From: Lama glama
Lineage: Eukaryota
Assembly (NCBI GenBank): GCA_028534125.1
Contig: CM052816.1
Span: 14,572,001-14,636,000 of the forward strand
Length of the DNA: 64,000 nucleotides
Reading direction: 5' to 3'
The notes under the pieces were generated by a model. That model was not told where the DNA came from. It made no database searches and was given only the letters and a program-made list of their open reading frames with translations. Below, piece after piece: positions 36,150 to 49,295 of the stretch. How positions within the stretch are numbered: position 1 is the first letter of the stretch; every line of letters begins with the position of its first letter. The position numbers and the translations under genes are program-made.

Positions 36150-36680
36150 TGAACATTTATTGAGCACTCACTAAGCATCATGCCCTGGGAATACAATGGT
36201 TAACACCTTGCACAGTCTGTGTTCTCAAGGGCAAAACACAGTGAGCAAGTTATTGTTCATTAATTGTGCAATATTGTTCAATAAATAACTCCAGATGCTG
36301 TGAAGGAAAGAAACTGGGATGAAGGGATAGGGAGGGAAGGAGTGAGACGACTGTTGCCTGGGGAGTCATGGAAGGCCTCTCCAGAGAGGTGGCATTGACC
36401 TGAAGAGTGAGAAGGAGCCGCCCTGGGAAGATCTGGACGGGAGGTGTTCCAAAGGAGGGAACAGCAAGTCCAAGAGCCTCGAGAAGAGGATGAGCGCACG
36501 TGCAAGAACAGAAAGGCCGGGCGGTCAGGCAGAGCCAGTGACGGGGAGCGGGAGGAGACGAGGCTAGATGACAGGGTCTTGCCAGCCATGGAAAGGAAAA
36601 CGATTTCATGCTGGAGGCACTGGGAAGCCACAGGAGTGATTTAGGGAGGGGATGACACTATCTGATGTACATTTTTAAGT
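36150..36680 (-). mobile_element. L2 LINE 3' region
   Basis: acatttattgagcact...ggaaggcctctccagagaggtggcatt...ggcactgggaagcca. Confidence 0.75.
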
Positions 36681-39289
36681 TTTACTCAGATTATAAAAAT
36701 CTTGGTCTTTTTCCAGCTTCCCAACTTACTTGCTGTGTGATCTTGGGCCAAGATCCTGCACTATTAAACCTCAGTTTCCTTAAAAACTTCTTGGGGAGTC
36801 AGAAAGATGACATGAGTTAACATGCTTAGTATGTCTAGTTGAGGACCTCATGTCAGTAGGTGCACAATTAATGTCCCATATTGTGTCTCTCCCACTCTGT
36901 CTGTCCTCAGAGCTCTAGCCTAGGCCCCATCTCTTCCCAGCTGTCACACACTAAGTGCACCCAGGGCCTAGCTGGGGTCCCAGAGCAGGGGAAGTTCCTT
37001 GTTCACTGGCATTAAGACCACCTGAGGTGGGCCCAGTGTCCCCTTCACCCAGTGCCCCAGCATTTGTCCCACCCCTTGGGCTACAAGAGATCAAACTGCA
37101 TAGGACTCCCCAGGGACCGCCAGTGGAGTGGCCACTGAATGCTTGGGCACATTTGCATGCAGACACTCTGCATTTCCATGTCACTTGCTGCACCAGTTGG
37201 GCAGACACAGCATCTAGGGGAAAGGATATCACTGCCACCCAGGGTTGTGCTCCTCTACACTCATCTGCATACCTCCTCAAGTCCTTTGCACAGAATTTGC
37301 CTGGAGAAGGGTCGGGGAAAGGGTGGAAACAATGAGAAGAAGCAGATTATAAAGGCCTTTGTCAGGATGTAAGGAGACTCCACCAGGGCTGAAAGCATGC
37401 ACGGCGACCCCATTTCTCCCTCTGTAGCCAACTCCGAAGTGGGGAGGGACTGGCAGCAGCTGCCTGGGTCCACACGTCCACTTGACTGTCCTCAAGGAAT
37501 AAGGTGCTTCTCCTCCTCCCTCCCTCTACTGGGCTCCACAGAAAGGACACAATGAGGTTAATTAATTGCTCAGAGAACATTCTTTGGAAAGAAGGGGCAG
37601 AAGAGCTCTCATGTCTGGGAGCCAGAGGGTCCTCGACACAGCGTTAGTAGTGAAGTCCTGCCAGACACAATGGGGGTGTAGAGGGCAGGATCGGGGGTTG
37701 TGATGGCAGCAGGCAGGCACGGGAAAGGAGTGGGCAGCAGAGGAAAGGGATATGGAAGAGGCCTCAGAGAACAGCCTCAGGGAAGCCCCTAATACTGGAA
37801 TGTTTGGGGAGCCCACAGGAGGAAGAGTGTCTGGTTGGGCAGGGATGGCAAGGCCTAGGTTGGCTCAGCCCAGTGTCTTAGGTGAGAAGGACAAAGAACA
37901 CAACCCAAGCCATAGGCACTTCCTCTCCCTCCTGCCCTCCACCAAGTCTAAAGCCAGGCCCTCCCCCATTACGCCTGCATTCCATCCCCAGCCCCAAGCC
38001 CTGGGAGATCTTCTTCCTTTATTCTTTTGGGGATCAGCACACCTAGTTACCTGTGAGGGGCCCTCCTTCTCCACTCCCAGCTTCTCAGAAACTTTTGTAG
38101 CCCCAGTGAGGCCCTCAACTCTACTGTGAACTTTACAGGCAGGGCCACTTAGCACCTCCACCAAACCCAGAGGTATTAACATAGGGCAGGCTGGAAATAA
38201 GCAGAGAAAAGTTGGTGCTCCAGGAACCCTGAGGGTACTGACCAAGGTCCTGAACAGCCTCAATTCCTTCCACAGAAACTTGATTAATTCTTCCTGTGCA
38301 CCCTCTCCTCCCATCACCACCCATACATTTACTCTGCTGCACTTACAATGCTTCATCCTGAACGTGAACCATCTAAGGGCTGGTTAGCCATGTAGCTGAT
38401 CTCAAGGAGCTCCTTTAGGTTACAAACCTCCTCCTGAAAGCAGGAGCCTCAACCCCTCCCTTCCCGTCCTTAACACTGGCTCCGTCTGTTCTATCAGCCC
38501 TGTCAAGGACAGCCCCCTGTGTTCTGACCATGGCAGCAGCTGGCGGAGCCCGGGGCTGCACTTGACATCCTGATCAAACCATATTCTCGGAGAGGAAGCA
38601 GGTTGGGAGTTCCGCATGCTTGCACACACCTGCACATACCATGCATACACTCACACCCTCAATGTCAGCCTAGACCAGAGAAACGGTTCTTAGATTTCCT
38701 GGGTCAGAACTCCTCTAGTTGTGATGAAAGCCAGGCACTGTCTCTTTCTGGAGAAATGCACACGTACCCAACTTTTGCATGTCCTCCCAGGAGGGCCTGG
38801 AATAAGGGTGGCCCTTTCCTTGATTCCTCCTCTGAGCAGCAACACTTGTCTAGGGCTCAGGGTTCCCCTAAGAAGATGTTTTCCAGGCAGGTGTGTATTT
38901 TGCCAAATCACAGGGAGCCCTTTCATGGGCTAGTTTTGAGGACTCCCCAGGAGCACAGAGGCTGGGCTAAGGGGCATAGGAATCTGAGCCATCTCAAAGG
39001 CCACGTCCAGCTTTCAAACTGGAGGACTGAGTTCTCTTCCACATATGCCTTTTGCTAACCAGTGAAGTCCAGGCACCATCCTCTCTGCCTTGGGAGGCTC
39101 TTTCTGAACCAGGGCAGGTAAGCTCTGAGTGCCTCGTGTCTACTTGAGTCACTACACAGTCCGACCAGGTTTTTGTCATCCACAGTGAGCACCAACCATT
39201 TAGACAAGAAACCTGGGTTCTGTGTGGCTTCAAAACTTGCTGTGATCAGGCACGAATCCACTGCCTTGGGTTTTGCGCACCTGCAGGCC

Positions 39290-39495
39290 ATCCAAACACA
39301 GGCACTGATACGTAAAACACACACACACACAGGTTAAGACACACACATACTGTGTGAGAGTGTGGAGAAATCCACAGATTACAAAAGCAGAGGAAACATG
39401 CAGAACTCCAAAAAGCACATGAACACACAAACTATTCACAGACACACAATCACAGTCATGCAAACCATATGTACACACATAGACACTGTAACACG
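39290..39495. repeat. Degenerate CA-rich tract
   Basis: Interrupted acacac runs. Confidence 0.6.
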
Positions 39496-39653
39496 TAACC
39501 CTCCCCATTCCTGTCTCCTGGGGAACATTCCAGCCCTACTGAACTTTCTGTTTCTCTCCGCCATGCTTTTGTGTAGTCTGCTCCCTGTGATGGACCCCCT
39601 CGTCCCTCCTTTTCCTTACCTGGTAGATTCCTAGTTAGCCCAGTACGCCTCCT

Positions 39654-40108
39654 TGTTAGTGCCTTCCCAGGGCTGCAGTAACAAAGTATCACAAGCTAGG
39701 TGGCTTATAGCAACAGAAGTTTATTCTCTCACGGTTCTGGAGGCCAGAGGTCTGAAATTGAGGTGTTGGCAGGGTTGGTTTCTTCTTGGGGTCTCAGAGA
39801 GAGAATCTGTTCATGCCTCTCTCTGAGCTTCGGGGGTTGCAATTCTTAGCATTCCTTGACTTGTAGACACATCGCCCCAACCTCTGCCTCTGTAGCCACA
39901 CGGTGTTCTTCCCATGTCTGTCTCTAAATTTCCCTCTTCTTATAAGGACACCAGTCACGGGATTAGGGCCTATCCCAATCCAGTGTGACCTCATCTTAAC
40001 TTAATGGCATCAACAGAGACTCAGTTTCCAAATTAGGTCACATTCTCAGGAACTAGGAGTTAGGACTTGAGCATACCTAACAGAGGGATGCAGCTCAGCC
40101 CTCAACAG
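39654..40108 (-). mobile_element. MaLR solo LTR (MLT1B/MLT1C-like)
   Basis: agggctgcagtaacaaagtatcacaa...tttattctctcacggttctggaggccagaggtctgaaat...cttataaggacaccagtca...gacctcatcttaact...caaca. Confidence 0.9.
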
Positions 40109-40579
40109 ACTCTAAGTCTCAGTCAGAATTCCTTTCTCTCTGAGTCCTTCCCTGACCTGCCTTCCTAGACTGGCTAAAGTCAGTGCCCCTGCTGTGTGCT
40201 CCCCTATCACAACACTTCGCTCACATTATTGTTATTGCTTCTCTCTTCCCAGCTCTGAGGGCCCGGGACAGTCTATTTCTGTACACACCACTGTATCTCT
40301 AGCACCTGGCACAGTCCCCAGCGGTGACAGGGTCTCAATAATGCTTGCTGGATGAATTAAACCATTTATACATGTGGTACGTGTATGTGAATCTTATTTA
40401 TATGCATGAACACACTCCCTACATATGTGTACAAACATGTACATCAAACATATACGCAGACACATTAAAACTAAACACACACACAACTCCAGCAGGTTCC
40501 AATTAGCCAGTCAATAATGGCTGAGTTCCAAAAAACTCTAACCCTTCTCTAGTGCACTGGGAGAGGCAAAAAGGGGTCA

Positions 40580-40880
40580 ACTATGATCTCCCATCCTCAA
40601 GGGACTGACAGGATAATTGGAAAAATAAGACTAGTATGTGATGAGAGATACTACAGAATTTAGTTCTGTTTTGTGAGCTGTGAGGGCTCAGAGGAACGAG
40701 CTCTTGTTGTGGGCCGGAGTAGTCAAGGGAGGCTCCTTGGGGGAGGTGGAGTTTGAGCTTGGCCCTCCAGTGTGGACAGGGTTTAGACAGAATAGAGAGA
40801 GAGGAGAGGAAAGAAGAGCAGAGGAAGGGAGAGGAGAGGAGACAGCATGTGTAAAGGCCCAGGGGCCTGTACATGGGACT
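40580..40880 (-). mobile_element. L2 LINE fragment
   Basis: gtcaagggaggctccttgggggaggtggagtttgagct...cagcatgtgtaaaggcccag. Confidence 0.65.
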
Positions 40881-42597
40881 AGTCTAAGGGGAAGAACCCA
40901 TGTTGCAGTATGGAGGGGATATCTAGATGCCAGAGGCCCCCAGTGCCAGGGCTTAGGATCTCCAGTTTGCCATGGCACCAGTCTCTTCCCACCAGGTGCA
41001 GGGAGTAGCTTCTCTAGAATCTTGTGACCCAAGCCTTGGGGGCTGGGGGTAGGCAGGGATGTGCTATGTATCTCAAGCTGCGGGAACATGGGAGCAGTCC
41101 CTGACAGGGGTCCTCTCCTTCCTCAGAAGCTGTGGGTAGGTGGTAGCAGCACCTCCTGGAAGGGCAGGGTCAGGCTCAATGACTGGCCCAGCCACCCACT
41201 CCTTCCCTGGGAGAGGTAAGTGACAAGCTGGCAGAAAGCTACAGTGACACCTCTGTTGGCAAAGCAGCACCTGTCCGCCCCAATGACAGGGTGGGGGCTG
41301 TGGCCAATGGGTAAGAAGAAATGGTGCCTCTGGCTCTCAAAGCTCCTTCTCAGCCCCTGAGGCCTGGCACCTAAAGTCCTCTAAGGAAACGACCAGGCAG
41401 TGATGATGAAAGATTCAGCAAGGAAGAAGGAGGGCAGGGCCGGCCGTCCTCAGGGAGGGTGGAGAGCTGGTGAGCTCTTTTTTGGGTCCTGAGAAAAATG
41501 ATCAGTTGTTCCCTCATCCTGCAGGGACAGAAAAGGGCTGAGTCTGGGGCTGGAGAAGCCAATACAAGGTCTCTGTCACCCTCTAGACTTCCTTCCTCAC
41601 CTTGATATTATTGTCCATTTCCTAGGGATGTGGGGCCAGGAAGTAGCTATTACCAAGGGAGTTTGGAGAAGCCACTAAGAAGAAAGTGGAGATAACCAGG
41701 AAGAAGAGACAGACTGGGGAGTCAAGGATGGGAAATTTGGTCCAAGCACCTTCCAATGGGAGACGCCCTGTCCCTGTCCCTTCATGTCCTTCTCAGAAAG
41801 GCTCCCAGCAAGGAGTAGGAGACAGTAGGGCAAGCTCTGTGTTTGGAAGGGGAAGTGATTTTCTTGAACCTGCAGGATAGGGTTCTAGAAAACCATTCCC
41901 CTGGGACACCTGGGTGAGTCACTGGAGAGCAGCTGGGCGAGCAGGTGGAGCTGGAGCCAGGAGCAGGGGGGAGAGATGAACACACACGGGCTCCCGGGCA
42001 TCATCCACAGCTGCTTGCTCGGCAGCGACCATGCAGGCAGCCCTCCCGTGGGAAGCAGGAGGACATTGGGTCATGAGCCCAAGTGAGGGCTGGAAATGTG
42101 ACATTGGATGATGATCACCCCTGCTGGCGGGCTGACCAGCCAAGCAAGCTTGATGGAGAGAGAAGGGCCAGAGGAAACACACTCTTGGACAAAAAGGACA
42201 GATGGAGGGGGCCAGAGGGCAAGGAGGGAGTGTGAGGGGCCAGACAGTCAGGAGAGAGCCGTGGCAAGCTGACATGGGGCCAGCTCCCTGGTCACAAGGT
42301 TGCAGGAGTCCCTCAGCCGTACCCACCCAGGAGACCAATGACAGCCTCATAAAGGGGCAACCAGGTCTTTCAAGCTCTTCATAAGGACTCAGTTTGCTAA
42401 CTTGATACCATTCACTCAAGTTTACCCCACCCCTAGCCACTGATTGTGGCCCACTGGGGAGTCTGAGGCCAATTTTCTGGGCTTGCTCTAAGGTAGAGCA
42501 GGGTACTCTTAACCCGGGAGAGCTGAGCTTCCAGAAGAACTCTTCCCAGAGTCCCCCACAAGCCCAAGAATGTCGCCTCTCAAGAACGGCCTCCCAA

Positions 42598-43216
42598 CGC
42601 TCTAATTCGAAAAGATATATGCACCCCAATGTTCATAGAAGCACTATATACAATAGCCAAGACATGGAAGTAAACTAAATGTCCATTGACAGATGACTGG
42701 ATAAAGAAGCTGTGGTATATTTATATAATGGAATACTACTCGGCCATAAAAAGAAAAATAATGCCATTTGCAGCAACAGGGATGGATCTGGAGATTGTCA
42801 TTCTAAGTGAAGTCAGTCAGAAAGAGAAAGAAAAATACCATATGATATCACTTATACGTAGAATCTAAAAAAAGAAAAAAAGAAGATACTAATGAACTCA
42901 TCGACAAAGACAGAAATAGACAGAAATAGAAATAGACATAGTAAACAATCTTATTGTTACCAAGGAGAAAGGGGGTGAGAAGAGATAAATCGGGAATTCA
43001 AGATTTGCAAATACTAACTACTATATATAAAACAGATAAACAACAAGTTTCTTCTGTATAGCACAGGGAAACATATTCAATATCTTGTAGTAACCTATGA
43101 TGAAAAAAAATATGAAAATGAATATATGGATATCTATGGCTGAAATGTTATGCCGTGCACCAGAAAACTGACACACTATAAACTGACTACACATCAATTT
43201 AAAAAAACAAAATACA
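42598..43216 (+). mobile_element. 5'-truncated L1: ORF2 C-terminus, 3' UTR, A-rich tail, 16-bp TSD
   Basis: Translates to KDICTPMFIEALYTIAKTWK*TKCPLTDDWIKKLWYIYIMEYYSAIK...YHMISL; TSD aagaacggcctcccaa (42582-42597) / aaaaacagcctcccaa (43217-43232). Confidence 0.95.
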
Positions 43217-43829
43217 AAAAACAGCCTCCCAAGTCACAGCCCAGCCGCAGTGAAGTTGGTGGGGGTGGGGCGGAGGCAGTCCCAGACGACGCCTTCTCTC
43301 CTCTCCCTCTTTGTCTGGCCCCTGCCCTGCCATGGCCGCAGGGCCTCACACGCCTCTGTGAAACCCCATTTCCTCTCCATTCAATGACACAGTCTCTCCC
43401 TCAGACTCTAACTTTCGTCCCACATCCTGAGCATTTCTAGGCCAGAACCCCTAGCCACCAGGATCACAGAAGCCTGCTGGCCCCGCCGCTCCAAGCAGGG
43501 AGGAGCGCTAATTGGCATTAACAGAGACCAGGCCAGCAGCTCACAAAAGATTCTCTCTTCCTGACCAGAGCCATGCCTGGGGCACAGCCAGCTTCTGGTG
43601 TCTGCTCCTAGGAGGAGGGGGCTGTTTCGGGTGGAGGGGAATGAAGAGGGGGGCATGCCCTGCTGGGACCCCCGTCCTAGAGCTCATGTACACCCAGCAA
43701 GGGGCTGGTCCTCCTTGCTGGCCGCCCTCAACACAAGCCTGCAAGTAGCACAGAGCACACCAGGGACTTTGTCCCCTTGAAGCCCACCCTGTAGGCTCAT
43801 TTGAATCTAATTTCACCCGGAACGAAAAG

Positions 43830-44000
43830 CTCTGAGGTCAGGCTGCCAGCACTGATACTCCAGACCATGCTTACCCTGGGTGACCTTAGGTCAAAAAATG
43901 GTGCCTCCATTTTCCCATCTGTGAAAAGGGAATAATACTACTTACCTTACCAGGTTGTTATGAAGATTAAATGCTATCCATGAAAAGATCCTAGCATCCT
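43830..44000 (+). mobile_element. MIR SINE
   Basis: ctgggtgaccttag...gcctccattttcccatctgtgaaaagggaataata...ggttgttatgaagattaaatg. Confidence 0.8.
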
Positions 44001-44779
44001 GTATGGCCTGCAAAAAAATTTAAAAATTAAAAATTAAAAAAAGAAGTTCCTGACATTGTCTCCAGCATGCAGTAAGCATTCCCTCAATACATGGTCATTG
44101 TACTTACAGGATTATGATTATTATTTCCTGGGCTCATTTTCCTTTATTGTAGGAACTCCCCATTTCAGGACTTCAACACAGAGCATAAAGAATGGAATAG
44201 AGCAGGCATCCCAGAGAAGTTTGTTTGAATAGATGGAAGGAAGGGAAGGAGAGAGGGAAGGAGAGAGGAAAGTGGATTGATGTATCACAGGTAAAATCCA
44301 TTTTCTGGGTAGAAAAGAAAGACCCCTATTCAATAATTCATGTAATAGACTGACTTGTCACTCCCTAAAATCTCACCTCTGTGTTCATTCCTTTGAGTAA
44401 AGGACTGCCCCTCTTCCCATTGGTCCCCTTTAAGATGCAAACAATCACACTGTAGTTTGAATGAGTGATAAGACTGATGAGAGAAGGTGGTCTCAGAGTG
44501 CTAGAGCCTCAATGGGGAGAAAGGGAATTTGCCGTGAAAAGTGAAGAAGGGATCATAGCATCGTGCAGGAGGCTGGCGGCAAGAAAATTGGGTGCAGGAC
44601 ACTGCAATTTCCCTTAGAAACAGTTCAGATGTGACTGAACTGCATATTCAAGAATGTCTTCGTTGTCCTTGTCTCAGATCCTTCACGCTATGGGTTATAG
44701 AACAGAATGGCCATCTGTTTCTCCACATTATGGGTCCAGCACAGAATGTATGACTGTATTTGTTCCTAAAGATTTTCTT

Positions 44780-45330
44780 TTTCTTGTGGTAGGAACTATC
44801 TATATGCAATCTCAATCCTAAAGTGATTTTCATTTGCTGGGGAAATTTGAAGACTATCTCTTGCCAGTCTGAGGTTAAACACAGAGGGAAATCTGAATGC
44901 AATTTTCCTGTTTGAGAAGCAGTTACAATATTTTTAAGCAATTGAAGCTTCAAAATTTCAAATTCAACATGCAGTTCGGCCTCCGCCACAGGAACTACAG
45001 ATTTTGCAAAGTTTACAAAACAATGGAAGAGCTCCATGGCTTTTCCCTGAGTGCTGAGTCTTCGGGTATTTCATAGACGAGGATGTTCTCAGAGACGAGG
45101 TGCGGTTTTATTGGTATTTGGCTTTTGGCTGGGGCCTATTAAAGTAAATGTTACAGGGGGAAAAAGTAAGAGGAAAGATGTTATAATGAAGTGTCAGAGC
45201 AATAATATGTTTTTAATAGCATTATTTACCAACATTTATTGGCATTTGGAGTTAACAAACACTCTGGTCCATCCCCATTGAGCGTTTGCAGTTAATTTAA
45301 AGAAGTTGTCTTGCCTTTGGCACTGCAAAG
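44780..45330. promoter_or_regulatory. AT-rich unique block, enhancer-like
   Basis: Repeat-free; two TTTATTGG posterior HOX/CDX-type sites (45106-45114, 45235-45242); forkhead-like GTAAAT and AACAAAC; SOX-like AACAATG. Confidence 0.45.
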
Positions 45331-45639
45331 ATGACCCAACTAAGGTCCTTGTGCCATTTTGCAGAGACAAGACTGTTGGATGCCAGGGTGGAGAACAGAG
45401 ACACAGATCATAGCCAGTCCCTACCTTTCCCCCTGGTCCATTTTCCAGTCCTAGAGAAACCGGTCTGCTTTGTGGGCCACCCCCACCAACCCCCGCCCAA
45501 GGCTTCCTCGTAAGCCCCACCCACTACAGCAAGTGAACAGAGGGCTTTGAAGACAGGAGAATCATGCTGCCCCTGCTGCCCACCACAGCTACCAAAGAGG
45601 CAGCCGTAAGGGACCCACCACTGTACCATCTCTGCCCGG

Positions 45640-46510
45640 CATTCCTTTCATATTTTTCTGGTGAAATCACCTCCATAATCTTTAGGGAGCAAATGTGCCA
45701 CCTCTTTCAGTCCCTAGAGTTTAGATTCAGGAATCGAGCCCCAGTCCCAGATCTGGCCAGTCAGCAGATTTTATCCCCTGACCACAGTGATGGGTTCAGG
45801 AAGGGAAACTGAATAAATGAAGGTGTCAATCTGGCTACTGTAACAAAGATATCCATATAGCCATGGCTTAATCAAGACAAAAGTTTGTTTCTTTTTCATA
45901 TACAAGCCCAAGGAGATACAGTAGCTTTGCTCCACCCAAGTCCTCAGGAGCCCAGGCTCCTTCTGTCTCATTGCTCTGCCCATCTGGGGGTTACTCTCAT
46001 CACCACCATGACCAGCCGGCAGCCAGAAGGCAGGAAAAAGGAGGGGGAAGCATGACCTTTCCTTTTAAGGGAACAGCCCCCAAAATTGCAGACGTCAACT
46101 GTTGCTTACATCCCATGAGCCAGAATTTAGCCCTACACCACACCTAGTTGCAAGGGAGGCCTGATGGTCAGCTAAAAACTTCTGCCATGTTGGCAGAAGA
46201 GGAGAATGACTATTGGGAGAAAATCAAAGGCCCTGCAATAGCAGCCATCCTGTCACCATGATGGCAGAATCTGTTCAAAGATGGAGTTAACACAGAGGAA
46301 AAAAGAGAGAGATGGCAAGAACCTCACTGAGGCCCACAGACCCAGCTCTGTGGAGAGCCAGGGCTACTTCTGAGTTTGCAGTTATGTGAGCCAATAAACC
46401 AATAAATTCCTTTCTTTTTTCTGTTTTCTTTCCTTTTTTTTTCTTTTTCTTTTTTAAAAACTAGTTTGATTTGGGTTTCTGACTCTAGAACCTAAGATCT
46501 CTGGCTAATT
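45640..46510. mobile_element. MaLR LTR (MLT1K/L-like, +) with a nested minus-strand MLT1J-like LTR (about 45820-46240)
   Basis: gaccacagtgatgggttcagg before, and gcagccatcctgtcaccatga...agttatgtgagccaataaa after, an internal segment with cccaggctccttctgtct and catcccatgagccagaatttag. Confidence 0.7.
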
Positions 46511-46774
46511 TATGTCAAGATCAGAAGGCAAATGGTCAAAAGGAAGAGAGAGGACAAAGAGACCGTGAAGAGGAAGCCAAAGTCATGAGGAAAAAGGACC
46601 TTTGAAAGACATAGAAAATGTGCAGAGAGTCAGGGATGATGAGAGGGGAAGAGATGGACACACAGAGGGAATGTAAGCTGCCCAAGTTTCCATCTCCTCC
46701 TGCAAAGGCTCCCTCCTGCCAAGCCACTCTGAGGTTCACACTACCTTCTAGTTCAGCTATAACATAGGAACATC

Positions 46775-47070
46775 ACTTTATTGTTCAAAATATTTGCTGT
46801 CCCTCCTTTGGTTACCCTTTTTGAAGGAGGAATATACTTCCCACTGGTGTCAGGCTGGCCATGTGATTTGCTTTGGCCAATAAAATGTGAGGGGAAGCTT
46901 TAAGACCCATTGTGCTCTGGACTCCAGAGTGAAGAGAACATGGAGCAGAGCTGCGGCTGTTCCATGGCAGACATGTAGCACAACAGAGGAAAACTCATTT
47001 GTCATAAGCCTCTGAGATTTGGGGATTGTTTGTCACTGCAGCATAACATATTGTAAGCTGACTGATGCAG
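46775..47070 (+). mobile_element. MaLR LTR (MLT1H/I/J2-like)
   Basis: ggccatgtgatttgctttggccaataaaatgtgag...taagcctctgagatttggggattgtttgtcactgcagcataac...ctgactgatgca. Confidence 0.8.
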
Positions 47071-47834
47071 GTGTCTTAAAGGCCTATATTTCCTGCAGTT
47101 TCTACTGATCTTGAAGCTTGATTGTTTGTCTTCTCCCAGGTTCCCAGACACATATTTGCTTAGAGTATTACTTATCCTCTCCTTGTGCCGAACAGGGAGT
47201 ACGCCTTGAAGAATCATTCTGATATATAGAAACTTTGGAGAGTTCTATCCATTAAGCCAGGAATGACAAGCCTACATTTCATAAGCAAGTATCCCTTATT
47301 ATCAAGTCCCCTTCCAATTCCTTCCCCCTGATACTTCCTGTAGCCCCAAGAGGACATGCAATAGATCTGATTATTATATGAGTAACTGCATGATTTAAGT
47401 AATTTCATATTTGCAAATTGTACAGAATTTCTGTAAAACAAAATCAGAAATGGATCATTTTACAGATGCTGACTTCTCACAGTTCAGGATGTTTCACGTT
47501 AGAGTATATGCTGCACTCACAATGATAATGATGATGGTGACAAGTCTGTGCAGCGCCTTTCTATTTCCAAAGCATCTCACACAACTTGCCTGCTTTAAAT
47601 TCACAATGGCTTGCAAATATTATCCCCATTTTACATATAGGGAGGCTGAGCACAAGAAAGCTGAAGAGATCTGACAAATTTTTGGAGCTCTGTTTCCTTG
47701 TCCCACTTCTTCTCCCCTTCCTGCTACCTGAGTCACAGCAGGAAGAGAACACCTCCTCCAAGACAGGAGCCTGGGAAGGGCAGTCAGAGACACCACGATT
47801 TGAAAAAATAAGTGAATACATGAATGTATGACTA

Positions 47835-47975
47835 ATGGATGGAAGGATGGATAACTGAGTGAGTGGATTGATGGACAGCTAAATGGATGGCTGGGTGGCT
47901 GGATGATGGCTAGATGATGGCTGGATGAATGGCTGGATGGGTCTCTTTTGTACGGGTGGATAGACAGATGGATCG
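47835..47975 (+). repeat. Degenerate (TGGA)n repeat
   Basis: tggatgga/ggctggat units. Confidence 0.8.
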
Positions 47976-49065
47976 GGGGGATTTCTGTGGTCTGAGGGAA
48001 AAGACAGTGGTGTTCTCTTAAGAGTCTGAAAAGTGCGCACAAATATCCCTGATCCTCCACCACCCAGAAGCCCGATACTTGGCCAACATCTTAACCCTCC
48101 CTGCCCAAGTATTTTAATTCCCTCTTATCCTCAAGAAAATAGAATGTGGTTTACCCACAAAGTTGTCTATTGTTACTCTACAGCTTAGTAGCCATGTTCA
48201 CTACACCTCTCCAAGCCTCAGTTTCTTCATCTGTGAAATGAAAGTATCACCTCCTTCACAGATTTGTTGTGGGAATACGTAATATACACAGACCATTTCA
48301 TTAAGTGCCCAACGTATCCTAAGCGCTCAGTGAATAATATCCATTGAAATGATTATTCCCTAAATTTCAGGATGGTTGCCTGTGGAAATCAAGGCAAGTC
48401 CCCACCAAGCGAACCCGACTGTGATGATGGTCTCGAGCCCTTTTTCATTAGTGCTGGAATCTGTAATAATACAATAACCTTTATTTTATTACACAGCCCT
48501 TGGAAATTGAGGGTTTCATCCATGTCAATTAATTCCCTCGCAGCCCACGTTGGCAGTGACAGTCAGAATGTCAAAATGTCTCACAGGATTCCCTGGGAAT
48601 CTGAGGCACTTCACCATGAGCCTTCCCCGGGTGAGAGCCCAGCCGAGTGAATCGTTAATGCACTTCACAGGAAGGGGACTCGTCCCAAATGCTAGCACAA
48701 TCAACCTGAAAGGCAAACTTTCAGCTTCCCGCTCAGTGATCACAGAGGCACTCCCAGGGCGGGGGCGCTGTCTGCTGAGGAAGCCAGAGGCCCTGCTTCC
48801 TCGCCTAGTCTGCCCAAGAAGGAACAGCCCATCCTCAGCACCTTGCAGCTGCCCCGTGCAAGGCCCGCAGGCACCTCCTGTCCCAGCCCGCCAGGGCAGC
48901 ACCCACACTGACTCTGGCCACCAGACCTAGGTCTGCTCCAAGGAAACAGCCCATTTCTGGAGAAGGCTTAGCCAACAAACCCTCATGGAGTGAGAAAGGA
49001 GACATCTGGATGAATGAGAAACTAACTCCCAGCATTTGCTCCTGGGACCCTGTTTGCAGCATCCT

Positions 49066-49295
49066 CTAGAGCCAGATGGCTTCGGTTCAAATCCTGGTTC
49101 CTCCACTTCCTAGCTGTGTGGCCTCGGGTACATTACTTAACCTTGCATGCCTTATTTTTCTCATCTGTAAAGTGCATACAATAATAATACCCACCTCCTA
49201 TGGTTGTATGAGGATTTAATGATTTAATAAATATAAAGCGCTTAGAGCAATGCCTGGTGCATGGAAAGCACTGTATACATGTCTGCTATTATTAT
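49066..49295 (+). mobile_element. MIR SINE, near full length
   Basis: ggttcaaatcctggttcctccacttcctagctgtgtg...tctcatctgtaaa...aaagcgcttagagcaatgcctgg...gctattatta. Confidence 0.9.

Noticed and set aside
42686..42868. ORF2-like peptide as a functional CDS
   Set aside because: 5'-truncated L1 remnant with an upstream in-frame stop
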